64,000 nucleotides of DNA from Octopus vulgaris (taxonomy: Eukaryota). Numbering within the stretch: the first letter of the stretch is position 1; each line of letters opens with the position of its first letter. Location of the stretch: the NCBI GenBank assembly GCA_951406725.2, contig OX597824.1:71610001-71674000 (forward strand), read 5' to 3'. Made by a program: the position numbers and the translations under genes. The notes beneath the pieces were generated by a model, which was not told the DNA's origin, made no database searches, and saw nothing but the letters and a program-made list of their open reading frames with translations. Positions 42,421 through 52,326 of this stretch are shown in pieces.

Positions 42421-45400
42421 CACACACTCTCTCTCAATAGACTTTTATAGTTTCCATCTACCAATTCTACTTCCAAGGCATTGGTTAGCTACAGTTACTT
42501 GCCCACAGTGCTGTGTAGTGAGTTAGTAAAAAATTATATGCTTATAAAGTGATCTCTGTATCCAAACACCCATGCCTGCACCGGTCTGATTAATTTTGTT
42601 GTTTTGCATTCATTTTTCTCTACTGACAAGAAAATATGAATTGCATATTTTTGCAATTGTTTGTAGAGTTAGATTCCTATTCTGCCTCAAGCCACTCAGA
42701 TGTGAATTGGAAATTGCTGGTCTATCAAAGAGGGATGTATTTTTTATTCAATAGTGGCATCATGGAGTAAAGTTTGAAGCCCTAGCCATGAAGTTATAAG
42801 TTGCCTTCTGTACAATCTCTTTCTCCCCATCACACACATACAATACCAAGTATTTTTCAAATGTTCAAGACATGTTCACAACTTCTTCAAACAATTGCAC
42901 TCAAGATGTGTTTCACAACACTACATCATGTCCACTCACAAGGGACATACATACACACACACACACAATACAGGGATCAACCAGTGAGACACTAAGGTTG
43001 ACAGTAACATTCACTGTTGTTGCATATTAAATGTGTAACAAGTTTTATGTTGTATTTTTTCTTTATTTTATTGCTTTAATTTATTCTTCCAGTGATTTGA
43101 AACCTTCAAACGTTCTACTTGGAGAGAAAGGTCACGTATTGATCTCATACTTTTGTCAAATGAACAATGTTGACCTGCCTTTAGATGATTGGGCTGTTGA
43201 AAATATGTATACTGCACCAGGTGAGTAAGAGAACTTTATTATTTATGAAAAGTTGATATTTTGCTCCAGATCAGATCACCTTTGATCAAGCAGATTTGTC
43301 TTTTTCCCTATATGCTCAGAATCCAGTACTATATTTTCCAACCAGTCCTTTTTCAAAATGCCAATGTGTGATTAAAGAAGATTTGATTGCTGTTTTTAGC
43401 AGGTTGAGTGACTGTGTAGAATCTCCTCAGCTTGGTGTATGAAGTGCTCAGTATTGCTCCTAAAAAGGTGGTCTTTTACATTGGTTCACTTCCCAGTTGA
43501 GCAATTTCTCTGATCCCTTACACCTGTAGCAATTTTCTCATGGTAAAAGGAAGATTAGATTTGAGAAGTGCTGGCTATACTCTTTACTCTTTTACTTGTT
43601 TCAGTCTGTTGACTGTGGCCATGCTGGAGCACCGCCTTTAGTCGAGCAAATCAACCCCAGGACTTATTCTTTGTAAGCCTAGTACTTATTCTATCAGTCA
43701 CTTTTGCCGAACCGCTAAGTTACGGGGACATAAACACACCAGCATCGGTTGTGAAGCGATGTTGGGGGGACAAACGCAGACATACAAACACACACATACA
43801 CATATATATATACGATGGGCTTCTTTCAGTTTCTATCTACCAAATCCACTCACAAGGCTTTGGTCGGCCCGAGGCTGTAGTAGAAGACACTTGCCCAAGG
43901 TGCCACGCAGTGGGACTGAACCTGGAACCATGTGGTTGGTAAGCAAGCTACTTACCACACAGCCACTCCTACGCCTATGTGAACTTCACACACAAATTAA
44001 TTTATAATTGCTGAATCAATTCACAGGCACATTTATTTACTGATGACAGCAACAGCAGCAGCTCATAGCAATGGTGGAAGCAGTTGCAGCTTTGTGGCAG
44101 CCATTTCTAACAATCAAACTGCAGCCAGATGTTTTGGATCCTTACCAAAAGTTGAATCTCTACCAGCTTTGCATAAGCTTCCTTTCCTCCACTTCTCAAC
44201 ATTCTTGTTGAGAAAAACTATATATTCATTGCCTATGTTTATTGCACTCCACCACACTAGCCACCATTCATACATCTAAACCTAATACAAAAGTAGTTCT
44301 TGTTACTTCAAACCAAGGTCACCAATCCTGACAAGTGTCCTTTCATTTTGTCCTCAAAAAATAAGCCCTGGAACTAGCATCTATTCATTAATCTTTTCAT
44401 TCTCTCTATAGATTCAATGTATCCTAATCATTGGAAACACTACACTGTGTTCCATCCCACTCAAAAAGGTGACTCTTCCTACCTTTTCAACCACTCTCCT
44501 ATTGCACTTCCAAAATTTTAAAGGTGATGGAGACAACCATTAACTGCAGGGTTTGAACTCAGAACATAGAGGAACATAAACTATCCTGCAAAGTATTTAA
44601 TCATAGTGTGATACATAATAGGAAAAGTTACCTGAGCAAAAATCCTAACTGTTGACTGTAGATCAGCTATTATTTGCAAATGATCAGCTATTATTTTGTA
44701 AACAAGGTTTCGAAACTGTTCATGTGTTCAAAAGGAGAGATCTACACTCAGTGTAGGAGGCCCAGGTTGCCAAAGTTATTTCATTCGACAATATTACTCA
44801 ATAGAGGGAGGAGTTGGGTGGGGCGGGGGCAGGAAGAGGAGGTCGGCCTGATCTTTGCGGGAGAAGGTAGGCCTCTCTATTCCTCTTACAAAACTTACCT
44901 CCGGGTGCCAAATTTGCCTCAATTGATGGTATTACTCGGTTAAGGGGTGGTGGTGGGACAGGAGCAGAAGGAGGAGGTCAAGCATGTCCCTTTAGGAAGG
45001 TATAGGCCACCCTATTCCTTCTGCCAAAGTTACCTCAATTGATGGACTTTGTCTGAAAATAAGGGGTGGGGAGGGACTAAACCTATATATAAACCACCCT
45101 AGAGACCCCTCCCCCCGAACACCCCCTACAAAGTTGCATGCTGATCGGCCCAATCGTTTGGCCATGATGTGAGTACAGGCAGACGGACGGACATTACACG
45201 CATTATAGTATGATGATGCTCTAGAAGTTGAGGGAACTTGACTGCAAAGTTCTTCCCCACCCAGCTTATTCCTCAGACCTTTATCCTAATGACTACCACT
45301 TTTTCAAGTACCTTGATGGTTTCCTGCTAGAGAAAGAGTTCAAAAATCAAACCAATGCTGAAAGTGTGTTCAAAGAGTTCATCAGCTCAAGAATCCCAGG

Positions 45401-47827
45401 TTTTTATGTTACTGGAATAAACAAACTTATAACTCAGCAAAAATGTGTTGATTGTAATGGTACTTTGATGAATAAAATTTCTGCATTGTTGAAATATATT
45501 GTGATGAATTTCGTGTCTTAAAACGTTACTTACTTTTTACTCAGCCTGATGTTATTTCATGAATAACACATAAAATTGATATTGACATTATTTAAAATGT
45601 GGTTGTTGTTTTTGTTCTTTTTTACAGAAATTTGTAGCATATCTGGACATACAGAAGTCTGTGATTGGTGGAGTTTTGGTGCCTTGTTATTTGAGCTGCT
45701 TTCTGGAAAAGTCAGTTGATTTCTTTCTACTTGTTTTTTTATGATGTTGGTGTTGTGAAAAGCAGGAGATATTGTAGTATAAGTTGTGAGCTTTGTATGG
45801 ACATCACTCCACAGTCTGGCTCAAACGAAATATTTTATCAGAATTTCTTAACCAAGTTATCTTATCTTTAAAACTGTGGAACATGTTATTTTAACTGATT
45901 CAAGACAAAATTATATTTGAATTATATTTTAACCCTGTCACATATTCTGTGAGAATAGGTTAAACATCATCTCAGTTGGATTTCTGGTAAACACGTAGAA
46001 AAAGATGCTGCTGCCAACTCTGTCCATTAATTTGCCTGCAATTGTTACTCTTGAGCTATACACTACCGTCAGAAATTAATTAGCACCCTTGATTTGCTCT
46101 TCACTCAAGGTATGTGCTGTCACCTAGTGGCCATATCTTGAACTATTGCTTTGTTAGGAGTTCACTGTTGCGCAGAACGATGACGTAACTTTGTTTGCAG
46201 AGCAGTTTGAGAGTCTACAGCCTTATGATGTTGACATAGCAGTGCAACAACTTGGAGTGCGGATGCAGACAAATCTTCCTTTGTTTAATAGATATAGGTA
46301 GCGCCTCACAAGGACCGAAATCACACCATACTAAGTTTTCTCATCGCGTAAGACGTTTTGAACAGCTCATAGGTTAATTGATTTAACCTATTTAATGTAG
46401 AAATTTGAGAAGTGCTAATTAATTTCTGACGCAAGTGTATGTGCAACTGTTTATTTTCTTGCTCCGAAGCCTAGATGGAGGGTAAAGTTAGACACAGGGA
46501 CCTAGGTCTAAGAGGGTTAAACTCATTGGATGTTTTTTATTGTGAAGATATTTCACTGCTACTTTGAACAGGTTTAAGTAATTGCATAGAAGTTCTCTTA
46601 TTGACTCTTGTGTTTTTATTGCCGAAGAATATCAGTCAATCCTAAAGACCCGCTGTTTTATATCGGAGTAAAACAGATCTTCTATAACAATAATAATTGT
46701 ATTTGATGACATAAAAAACATATGTGCAAATTAGATGCATCCCAATTTCAACAGTGCATAATCAGGAAAAAGTTTTTAGTGCATTAAGGCTTGTAATATA
46801 AGGCCTAAGGTATTTTTGAAAAAAAAAAAAAGTATATCTTGTATGCCATCAGATACAATACTTCCATTTCTATATCCTTCAGATCTTAGGACCAACCAAA
46901 TATTATTACTTATTCCAGACAGTAAGAAAAATCATTTCCAATAACATTCCTATTTTAAGTAGTACCACTTGCAAGTTCTTTAACATAAAACCTCTCTTGT
47001 TTTTCATAATTATGTGAAAATCTTCCATCATCATTTAATATCCATCCTGGTATGGGTTGGACAGTTTGACTGCAGCAAGCTCCACTGTCTATTTTGGCAT
47101 GGTTTTTATGGTTGGATGCCCTTCCTAATGCCAACCAGTTTACAGACTAGACTGTGCATTTTACATGGCATCAGTAGCAGTAAGGTCTGCTTTGGCATGT
47201 TTTTTATGGATGGATGTCAACCACTTTACAGAATGGAGTGGGTATTTTTTTATGTGGCACCAGTAACTTGCAAGACAAAGAGCCTTTGGTAGGGGCGTGG
47301 TTATTGGAGGAGGTAAAACTAGAATATGACAAAAAGGACCTTTCCGTTATTTCACTAAATCTCTCAAAATTTTTGACCTTTTTGAGAATTAATTGAGGCA
47401 CATAAGCAATGTTTTTCATTAGAAATAGGGTCATGAGAGAGCTGACTGCCCAAACAGTGCTTTCACGTATCATGATTAAGAAAGTGGTGAGCTGGTTGAA
47501 TAGTTAGTCTTCCCAAAGGTCAACTTTGCCTTTCATTCTTTCAAGTTCAATAAACACTGACTTCACAGTGAAGTCAGTGTAATTGACTTGTCCCCTCTTT
47601 TCAAAATTGTAAAGCTTTGCACCAAAATTTGAAAGATTTTTCTTTTTTTTCATTTTCAGCGCTTATCTTCTTGTCATCCTGGAGGAATTACATCTCATAC
47701 TCAGTTATTGATTCCATCTCATATCTCAATGGAGGCTCAAGGCCTGTTGGAAGAAGTGAGTCCAATTTTTATTATTATTGATCTCTGTCAAGATGCCATT
47801 AAAAAATCTGTCCAAAGAATGTTGTTG

Positions 47828-47884
<57 letters not shown>

Positions 47885-49136
47885 TAACATTGAAAAAGCA
47901 CTCAGTACATGCAGTAAAGTGGCTGGTGTTAAGAAAGGGTAATCAACTGTAGAAACCATGCTATAGTAGACAGTGAGGCACAATGTAGGTCTTGGAGCTG
48001 TTAAATCTCATCAAATCATTCAACTTATGCCAGCATGAGCATGGACATTAAATGAATCATAGTGAATGTGTTGGTGAAAGACTTTACATTTGATGTGCTG
48101 TAGTTACTGTCTTGATTTTTATCCCCCACTTTGTTAGAACAAACTATACTGCAGTAGATACCATGAGAGAAGGTGGCAAGCTGGCATGAAATACTATGAG
48201 AGACAAGGTGGCAGAAACGTTAGCACGCCAGGCGAAATGCTTAATGGTATTTCGTCTGTCTTTACGTTCTGAGTTCAAATTCCGCCGAGGTTGACTTTGC
48301 CTTTCATCCTTTCAGGGTCGATAAATTAAGTACCAGTTATGCACTAGGGTCGATATAATCGACTTAAACTATTTGTCTGTCCTTGTTTGTCCCCTCTATG
48401 CTTAGCCCCTTGTGGGCAATAAAGAAATAAGAAACTTTCATATTGGCTTTTGGTGAAAAATGCACTCATTTATATTACTAGCAGGGAGATAAATTTCTCA
48501 CCTCCAGATCATGTGATTTTTGACCTTCTTTGATCTTGTCAACGACGGACACTCAACTGCTAGAGATAAGAGCAACTCATCCCCCTGCCAGTGATATATA
48601 AAATGACAGTACCAGAACAGGCACTGATGTCGTGATTAGTCAGTGAGATTGTAATATTTATTCCCACTTAAACATGAATGTTCTGTTAGAACAAACTATA
48701 ATGCAATAGCTACCATGAGAGAAACTCTCATATTAGCTTTGTGAAAACTCTTGTTTATATAGAATAACAGTGCCAGAATAGAGGTGCTGGGATCAGCCTG
48801 TGAGCTTGTTGACAAGAGTGCACTTTGCACCAAAAGCCATTATTAGAGTTTCTCATAGTATCTACTGCAGTATACTTTGTTCTAACAAAGTCAGAATAAA
48901 TATTAACGCTTGGTATTAATATTGCCTCTGTCACTAATATATATGTCTTGATTTTGTTTTGTTGGTATATTTCTTAAAATTTCTCTTTGCTTTCCCTTTT
49001 CTTTTCTCAGTTGTTATGCTACAATCCTCGTGAACGTCTTGGAAGTGGGATAAACGGAGCTGAAGACATCAAGGCACACCCGTTTTTTGCCAACATTGAT
49101 TGGAATGCAATGGAAAGTGACTATTGTCTATCTTGA
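2235..49136 (+). CDS. RPS6KC1: Ribosomal protein S6 kinase delta-1-like (PX-MIT-split pseudokinase), 5'-partial; join(2235..2270,17685..17802,27671..27786,30295..30524,34767..35635,37591..37712,39421..39573,40308..41998,43093..43220,45628..45710,47660..47755,49011..49136)
   Basis: 12 exons with AG/GT boundaries and matching phases give one 3768-nt frame ending in TGA. Motifs: PX ([13 protein letters not shown]; IEERRK), MIT ([34 protein letters not shown]), kinase N-lobe and C-lobe (CRDLKPSN, APE, DWWSFG, HPFF) separated by a long insert. This architecture is characteristic of RPS6KC1. Confidence 0.93.
7545..7941 (-). mobile_element. Non-autonomous Helitron
   Basis: Minus strand reads A|TCTATATATATAAAGCTGAAG ... 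gcccgagcaacgctgggc tatactgCTAG|T; same 3' end as 1098-2098. Confidence 0.8.
8305..8546. mobile_element. Foldback/palindromic element with ~90-bp imperfect arms
   Basis: aacaattgcagcatgg...aatttgtca mirrored by tgacaaatt...cacgctgcaattgtt; ORFs 8209+ and 8328- share the same peptide for this reason. Confidence 0.8.
9633..10660 (+). repeat. Head-to-tail array of about 5 degenerate SINE copies (Deu/Nin-domain-like core)
   Basis: Recurrent gttctgagttcaaat...gcctttcatccttt..ggggt.gataaaataagtaccag...ggccttgtgcc units, each ending in ATT-rich tails. Confidence 0.75.
12706..12924. mobile_element. piggyBac-like MITE (TTAA target duplication, CCCTTT termini)
   Basis: ttaa|ccctttagt...actaaaggg|ttaa; related copies at 34461-34616 and from 33762. 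Confidence 0.8.
15652..16565 (-). mobile_element. Decayed, internally deleted mariner element
   Basis: ~30-bp inverted termini (..tcaaaa(g/a)gttcc(t/c)agactagtt) with TA flanks; transposase relics [13 protein letters not shown] and [16 protein letters not shown] in ORF 16066..16257. Confidence 0.85.
17685..17802 (+). CDS. RPS6KC1: RPS6KC1 exon, PX domain ([40 protein letters not shown])
   Basis: ctag|ATA...TTT G|gtaag; PX KRY motif. Confidence 0.92.
18538..18751. mobile_element. TTAA MITE, second family
   Basis: ttaa|cccctttgttacc...attaaaagga|ttaa; homologous copies near 2985-3184, 4413-4623, 14058-14258, 20755, 26682-26901 and 27820-28050. Confidence 0.7.
21273..21594 (+). mobile_element. 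tRNA-derived SINE inserted in a MITE
   Basis: A/B-box-like head (tgacttagtggtt...gagttcagttccc), core tccttgag.aaggcactttatttcaca; flanked by tacttt(g/a)aaaca direct repeats; related copy at ~33952-34280. Confidence 0.7.
22270..24940 (+). repeat. Cluster of about 8-10 co-oriented degenerate SINE copies separated by ATT tracts
   Basis: Same core as 9633-10660 and 48204-48432. Confidence 0.7.
25270..25620 (-). mobile_element. Decayed R4/Dong-like non-LTR element, zinc-knuckle and restriction-like endonuclease region
   Basis: Minus strand reads [16 protein letters not shown] and [20 protein letters not shown], matching the CxxC..ETxxH..SGC and WDxxIQTDxxIxANRPDI pattern of that clade. Confidence 0.6.
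26682..26901. mobile_element. TTAA MITE
   Basis: ttaa|ccctttcattac...gtaacaaaaggg|ttaa. Confidence 0.8.
27671..27786 (+). CDS. RPS6KC1: RPS6KC1 exon, end of PX domain ([38 protein letters not shown])
   Basis: ccag|GA...GAG|gtaat; phase 1-0. Confidence 0.92.
29567..29618 (+). ncRNA. Minimal type I hammerhead-ribozyme-like motif (Penelope type, core variant)
   Basis: gtct-CCGATGA-agggatatt[loop]aatatccta-GAAAC-AGCT-GTA-agat; stems I-III can form; core has C in place of U4. Confidence 0.55.
29683..29760. repeat. (TA)n(TG)n microsatellite; other long (TA)n near 15021, 27035, 47831 and 54046
   Basis: Direct reading. Confidence 0.95.
30295..30524 (+). CDS. RPS6KC1: RPS6KC1 exon, low-complexity linker
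   Basis: acag|AAA...AA|gtaat; phase 0-2, which is needed to join the flanking exons in frame; overlaps ORF 30343..30528. Confidence 0.8.
31325..31620 (+). mobile_element. Highly decayed RTE-like RT remnant
   Basis: Fragments [14 protein letters not shown] (cf. FxDLEKAFDRVP), SFCYLGD and VRTG*. Confidence 0.55.
34767..35635 (+). CDS. RPS6KC1: RPS6KC1 exon, linker and first part of MIT domain
   Basis: tgcag|T GTT...CAA G|gtaga; ORF 34729..35661. Confidence 0.92.
36234..36653. repeat. Long inverted repeat, ~200-bp arms and ~19-nt loop
   Basis: attaagtaagaaaatggagagattcaatggat...tcaattgagatt mirrored by aatctcaattga...ccattttcttacttaat with few mismatches. Confidence 0.92.
37591..37712 (+). 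CDS. RPS6KC1: RPS6KC1 exon, end of MIT domain ([29 protein letters not shown]...)
   Basis: gtag|GA...GCC|gtaagt. Confidence 0.93.
39421..39573 (+). CDS. RPS6KC1: RPS6KC1 exon, start of kinase N-lobe (...[29 protein letters not shown])
   Basis: ttcag|TTG...AAA|gtaagt; 51 codons. Confidence 0.92.
39638..40107 (+). mobile_element. Non-autonomous Helitron filling most of a short RPS6KC1 intron
   Basis: A|TCAATATCTATAAAGCTGAA 5' end, like the 7941 end; 3' cccgagcaa...tagCTAG|T. Confidence 0.65.
40308..41998 (+). CDS. RPS6KC1: RPS6KC1 large exon: N-lobe, roughly 500-aa Ser/acidic insert, start of C-lobe
   Basis: gtag|ACA...CG|gtgagt; ORF 40335..42002 ([12 protein letters not shown] ... [23 protein letters not shown]). 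Confidence 0.94.
43093..43220 (+). CDS. RPS6KC1: RPS6KC1 exon, catalytic loop to APE ([20 protein letters not shown]...MYTAP)
   Basis: ccag|T GAT...CCA G|gtgagt. Confidence 0.93.
43578..43975 (-). mobile_element. Near full-length tRNA-derived SINE (abundant family)
   Basis: Head ggcgtaggagtggctgtgtggtaag...ggttcagtccc, body gcaccttgggcaagtgtcttctac, internal (TG/TA)n, tail gactgaaacaagtaaaagagta; copies near 3765, 10890, 28660, 29800, 35915, 51685, 53168 and 54795. Confidence 0.85.
44400..44545 (+). mobile_element. Decayed LINE ORF2 remnant (region just before RT)
   Basis: [15 protein letters not shown] and KVMETTIN resemble KGD.S.P.NYRPI.L and K.ME..IN. Confidence 0.45.
45222..45550 (+). 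mobile_element. 3' fragment of a mariner transposase
   Basis: ORF 45228..45521 has [26 protein letters not shown] (YSPDLAPxD motif) and FYVTGINKL...KCVDCNG. Confidence 0.85.
45628..45710 (+). CDS. RPS6KC1: RPS6KC1 exon ([28 protein letters not shown])
   Basis: tacag|AA...AAA|gtcagt; kinase subdomain IX. Confidence 0.93.
46061..46437. mobile_element. Tc1-like MITE with TA flanks
   Basis: ta|cactaccgtcagaaattaattagcac ... gtgctaattaatttctgacgcaagtg|ta. Confidence 0.85.
47660..47755 (+). CDS. RPS6KC1: RPS6KC1 exon ([32 protein letters not shown])
   Basis: ttcag|CGC...GAA|gtgagt; 32 codons. Confidence 0.92.
48128..48891. mobile_element. Foldback element with ~80-bp inverted arms, left arm interrupted by a SINE
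   Basis: actttgttagaacaaactatactgcagtagatac vs gtatctactgcagtatactttgttctaacaaagt; third direct copy of the arm at ~48684-48746. Confidence 0.75.
48204..48432 (+). mobile_element. Well-preserved SINE copy (Deu/Nin-domain-like core)
   Basis: ggcagaaacgttagcacgcc...gagttcaaattccgccgaggttgactttgcctttcatcctttcagggtcgataaattaagtaccag; retains CpGs; reverse copy at ~57810-58032. Confidence 0.8.
49011..49136 (+). CDS. RPS6KC1: RPS6KC1 last coding exon ([41 protein letters not shown])
   Basis: ctcag|TTG...TGA; kinase subdomain XI. Confidence 0.93.
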   Translation: MLCYNPRERLGSGINGAEDIKAHPFFANIDWNAMESDYCLS

Positions 49137-50489
49137 CCCATTCAGTGCATTCCTGTGGATCTATCAATATATTCAGAAGTATTCTATTCCTATCAAAGTT
49201 TTAATGGGAGAAGGAGGTTGTTGTTGTTTTTAAACATATATATATATACACATATATTACTGTTTTTGAATATATAACATCAAAAACAACAACAAAAGGT
49301 CAACAAATATCATTACAAGGAAATGAAAAAAAAAATACGATTGACATCAGAAAATAAGAAAATGACAGGAATGGACAAAACCATTACATCAACATCTCTA
49401 TCTCATTTTTTGTTGTTTTTTTTTTAATGAATTTCATCTCATATTTGCAAATGTGGTCCATGTGTGACTTAACATGTCAAGCTTCTTGCTTTTAAGAAGT
49501 GTGTTGTACAATATATATACCACACATATTTTGTTGTCTTTAAATTTTAAGTCTGTTTTTTTTTTAATTTCATTTCCATGCTGGCATGGGTTGGACTGAT
49601 ATATAAATTCAGGCATGTGTGTGTAATCTTCCCAGAGCAGGTCTTTTAGATGGCTAGGTGCTGTCTTCTTTTCTCTGCTTCCAACAATCAGTATATGGTG
49701 CTCTGCTTTTTTTTTTTCTGTCCATCTTATCTGTCTACTAATCCACCTCAGCTCAGAACTGCAGGGTACATACACAACTCATTGTACCCTCGGCTTACAT
49801 GCGGAGTATCATACTGGAGAAAAAGGAGACCTTAAAGGCACCTCTATATGGGAAGGTGGGGAGGTAAATATGTCAACCATATTGGAAGTATTTTAAGTTT
49901 TCGACATCAAACATAAAATGAAGCACAAGGAACTAAGTAAACTATATCTGAATGATAAAAAAAAAAGAATAAGGATTTTTTTCACACTCTTAATGAAATG
50001 TCATTTATTTTTCATGTGTGGAATGTATGATTATTATGAAAAGCTTAAAAGGCAGCTTTCTTCTGAGTTCACCCCAAACCCACCAGGTAAACTTTGCCAT
50101 TCATCATTAACAAAATAACTAGTCAAATTCTTGAGGTTGATTCTATAAACTAGATTCTTCCTTCACAAATCTGTGGCCTTGTTGTGCCCAATACTAGAAA
50201 TCCTTACCATAAAAAATGTTTCTTAATTCAGATATATACTTATTTCTGTGATCTCACTTAGGTTTCGTGTCAAAAACTTAATGACAAGCAGAACTTTTAC
50301 TAAAACCTAGTATTTATTTGCTATAATTAAAATATAAAAATATATTTGTTCTTTTGGATTGTTTATTTATTTTAAAACCAAGGTGGAAAATGTTTCAAGG
50401 AGTTACCTCTCCAGGCAATGTTCTGTGTTAAGTTTGTATGATGTTTGTGTATGACATTTGAAATGCAATGAAAATAATGTGTGAAGGCT

Positions 50490-50775
50490 AGAAAGAAATA
50501 AAGTGTGCACTCTGCAGTGGGTATGTTATGTTAGTGTCCAATGAATGATGGCACAAATGGACTGGGAGAAAACAGGGTATAAGAGGAATCCAATGTAATG
50601 CATGAGAGAGAGAAGACTGAACTGGTACAGACATATGAGGCATAATGGGTAAAAAGTGCCAAGCATTCCAAATAGAAGAAACTTGTAGAAAAGGATGACT
50701 TATGAAGATGTGGTGGAGGCTAATATCAGGAACATGAACCTTATGACAAAGGACTGTAACAAGTGGCTATGATGA
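50490..50775 (+). mobile_element. Decayed RTE-like 3' remnant downstream of the RPS6KC1 stop
   Basis: ERRLNWYRHMR and KCQAFQIEETCRKG resemble the RTE C-terminal RRLRWYGHV..GRP.KTW region. Confidence 0.5.
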
Positions 50776-52191
50776 GGTCTGTTTGTCTATTTTTCTCTTT
50801 ATAATTTCACATGGAAATTCAATGTTTCCTCATTGCCTTTTTTTTCTCTTATAAAAATGGATTGAATTATGGTGCACTTGCTGTCCATATGCAAGAGTAA
50901 CTGAATGGATATAAGGTATTGAAGTACCTGCTCACAAGTGTTGAGTTCAAATTCATGGCAGTTTAGTTGAAGGCCCAAACATAATACCATTAGTCTACAC
51001 CTAGCTAAAGGGAGTAAATTCTAGATCATATAAGAACGTTATCTTTCATTCTTTAAGGCCAAAGCTAATCACTAGCTTTTAAAAGTATCTGCACAACTTA
51101 AGACATTTATTATCCTTTCATTATGAAAGGGACTAAGCCAGCTTAAATTGAATATTTGTAGTGGTATAGTCTTTGTGACAGAATATGACTCTTAGTCCAA
51201 CTCTACCCACAAGTTAATACACTTCTTCATAATTAGTATTTATAATTGTTTAAAGTATTGAATAAAATGTCTTTCAGTATATAGTTACACACACATACAT
51301 TCAGAGTTCAAATCCTGCAGAGGTCCACTTTCCTGGCAAACACACAACAGCAAAGACTGGTTTTCTTTTTCAGAATCAGAGAATACTTAAGTCAATCCCC
51401 TTCCCTCCTAACAATTATTATACACTCAGATTAACATATGCTCAAAGTATACACACACTTCTTCTTGAAGGCCTTTTGTTGGTCTTGGATAACCATTCAT
51501 CTGCACATGCATGCAAATCTCCCTTTTGTATTTCACTTATATAAAAAGATGAAAGATAAAGTTGACCTCTGTGAGATTTGAACAGAACAAATACCACAAG
51601 GCATTCTATCCAACACTAGCAACTTTGCCAATTCACCACCTTATATACACACAGACAAATTCAAAATAAATTTACATATAAGCACAGGTGCAGCTGTATG
51701 GTAAGAAGCTTTCTTTCCAACCATATGGTTCTGAGTTCAGTTCCACTGCACGGCACCTTGGGTAAGTGTCTTCTACTATAGCCTCATGCCAACCAAAGCC
51801 TTGTGAGTGGATTTGGTAGACAGAAACTGAAAGAATCCTGGCATATATATATATACATATTTGTGTGTGTCATGTACTGAAGTTGATGCAATTGACTAAA
51901 CGTTCCCTCTAAAATTGCCTTCTACCAAAATTCCCCTGCCATTGCTTGACAAATGATGCTGGTGTGTTTATGTCCTTGTAACTTAGCAGTTTGGCAATAA
52001 AGATTGATAAAATATGTACTAGGCTTACAAAGAAGTCCTGGGTTTGATTTCTTCAACTAAAACCCTTTAAGGTGGAGCTCCAGCATGGCTGCAGTCAAAT
52101 GACAAATGAATACCAATATGCTTACTCTGAAAATATGAGAAATATAAATACATATCTAAAAAAAGATTGATTAGAATTTTCAAGTGAGTGG

Positions 52192-52326
52192 TCACTTGAT
52201 AGATAATTTTATAATCTGAATAGTATTGTCTTTACATCCAAGGATAATCTCATCAGTGCCATCTTCATCAGTATCTGCTATATCCATCGTACTCACCCAG
52301 TCAGGTGTGGTGTATTGGCAGATTTT
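52192..52326 (-). CDS. Beta-propeller gene last coding exon (KICQYTTPDWVSTMDIADTDEDGTDEIILGCKDNTIQIIKLSIK*)
   Basis: ttacag|AAA...TGA; DxDxDG motif. Confidence 0.85.
   Translation of the reverse strand, partial: KICQYTTPDWVSTMDIADTDEDGTDEIILGCKDNTIQIIKLSIK

Noticed and set aside
43900-43975. tRNA-like A/B boxes
   Set aside because: SINE head; no complete cloverleaf and it continues into SINE body
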